Shown: in pieces, positions 63,801 to 64,000 of the stretch
Layout: every line of letters begins with the position of its first letter
Position numbering within the stretch: position 1 is the first letter of the stretch
Notes under the pieces: generated by a model
Database searches by the model: none
The model's input: the letters and a program-made list of their open reading frames with translations, nothing else
What the model was told of the DNA's origin: nothing
Made by a program: the position numbers and the translations under genes
From: Takakia lepidozioides
Lineage: Eukaryota; Plantae; Bryophyta
Assembly: GCA_030704615.1 (NCBI GenBank)
Contig: CM060732.1
Location: 23,808,001-23,872,000, forward strand
Length of the DNA: 64,000 nucleotides
Direction: 5' to 3'

Positions 63801-63971
63801 GAAATGCCTTCCGTTTACTTCTCTTCAAGGCCTCTGTGGCTGTATCTCTCTCACGTCCGAGAGTCCTATGCATTGTGAAGCAGCATTGCAAGAAGAGTCA
63901 GCGACAAAGTAAGAAAAAAACACCTTGCGAACCCACTGAAGAGCGTTGTTGTCCAGTCCGTCCGTAAACAT
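51892..63971 (-). CDS. Large multi-exon conserved plant protein of unknown function, resembling the Arabidopsis At4g24610 family (recalled, not searched)
   Basis: Exon 1 (63971-63924) MFTDGLDNNALQWVRK, then a long low-complexity exon 2 from 63026. Conserved blocks: AWQAVLAYDACVRLCLRAWARGCMEAPEFL, AYDIVLEVAM, LVFENYKSLDE, AARKRCKRHMAETDEYV, DLFHLYIVLWIQDKR, FLENRKENRSWYKGS. Last exon ends DLEPPRSVMEARSML..FFY* with the stop at 51892-51894. Confidence 0.92.
53490..53545 (+). mobile_element. Short LINE-family 3' end in intron
   Basis: CCCATAAGCTCTTTGAGCTTTCTGCGGACGTTATAAAGTTCCATTTCAT. Confidence 0.85.
55355..55725 (+). mobile_element. Longest LINE 3' fragment, intronic and antisense to the host gene, followed by a short second tail
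   Basis: Encodes LFLNCPLYYEIRGRFHCLFRG..YEDQKCSAAYLHEAL..*, resembling the HFLLxCPxYxxIR C-terminus of non-LTR ORF2. Then a 3' UTR with AAGCTC-TTT-GAGCTT stem-loop and ATTTC tail. Confidence 0.8.
57425..57676 (-). mobile_element. LINE-family 3' end in intron, opposite orientation, with triplicated terminus
   Basis: Reverse-complement match including GTGCCTCGTGCAGGTA..GCATTTCTGATCTTCATAG. The TATAACGTCCGCGGAAAG motif occurs three times (one degenerate). Confidence 0.85.
60530..60616 (+). mobile_element. LINE-family 3' end in intron
   Basis: TTTTCCATTTTGTCCCATAAGCTTTTTGAGCTTTCCACGGACGTTATAAAGTACCATTTCATTTC. Confidence 0.88.
61824..61866 (-). mobile_element. Very short LINE-family 3' end in intron
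   Basis: GAAATGAAATGAAGTGGTACTTTATGCCGTCCGTGGGAAG is a diverged reverse complement of the family terminus. Confidence 0.6.
63280..63350 (+). mobile_element. LINE-family 3' end in intron 1
   Basis: TTCCCATAAGCTCTTTCAGCTTCTCACAGCCATTGTAAAGTACCATTTCATTTC. Confidence 0.8.
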
Positions 63972-64000
63972 CGCTGCTCCTCACTTCGTCTTCACATCCC

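Overview
Eukaryotic land-plant genomic DNA with spliced GT-AG genes; a non-seed plant is plausible but the species cannot be named from sequence alone. The left ~29 kb is mostly decayed transposons. It contains the right 7 kb of a decayed CACTA/En-Spm element, an intronless DNMT3-like C5-cytosine methyltransferase remnant, and a mosaic of intron-containing host gene fragments (PLS-type PPR, RPL23A). A gag with putative PBS and LTR lies on the same strand as the methyltransferase, followed by several MITEs, SINE-like heads and minisatellites. The right ~35 kb holds five apparently intact genes: a 21-exon plasma-membrane H+-ATPase, a family-16 SAM methyltransferase, a beta-propeller phosphotriesterase-like membrane protein, a twin-domain trihelix transcription factor, and a large At4g24610-like gene whose introns carry at least six 3' ends of one LINE family. 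The main candidate for a new system is an LTR retrotransposon that carried its own DNA methyltransferase in a land plant. All family assignments come from motif recognition by eye; no searches were run.
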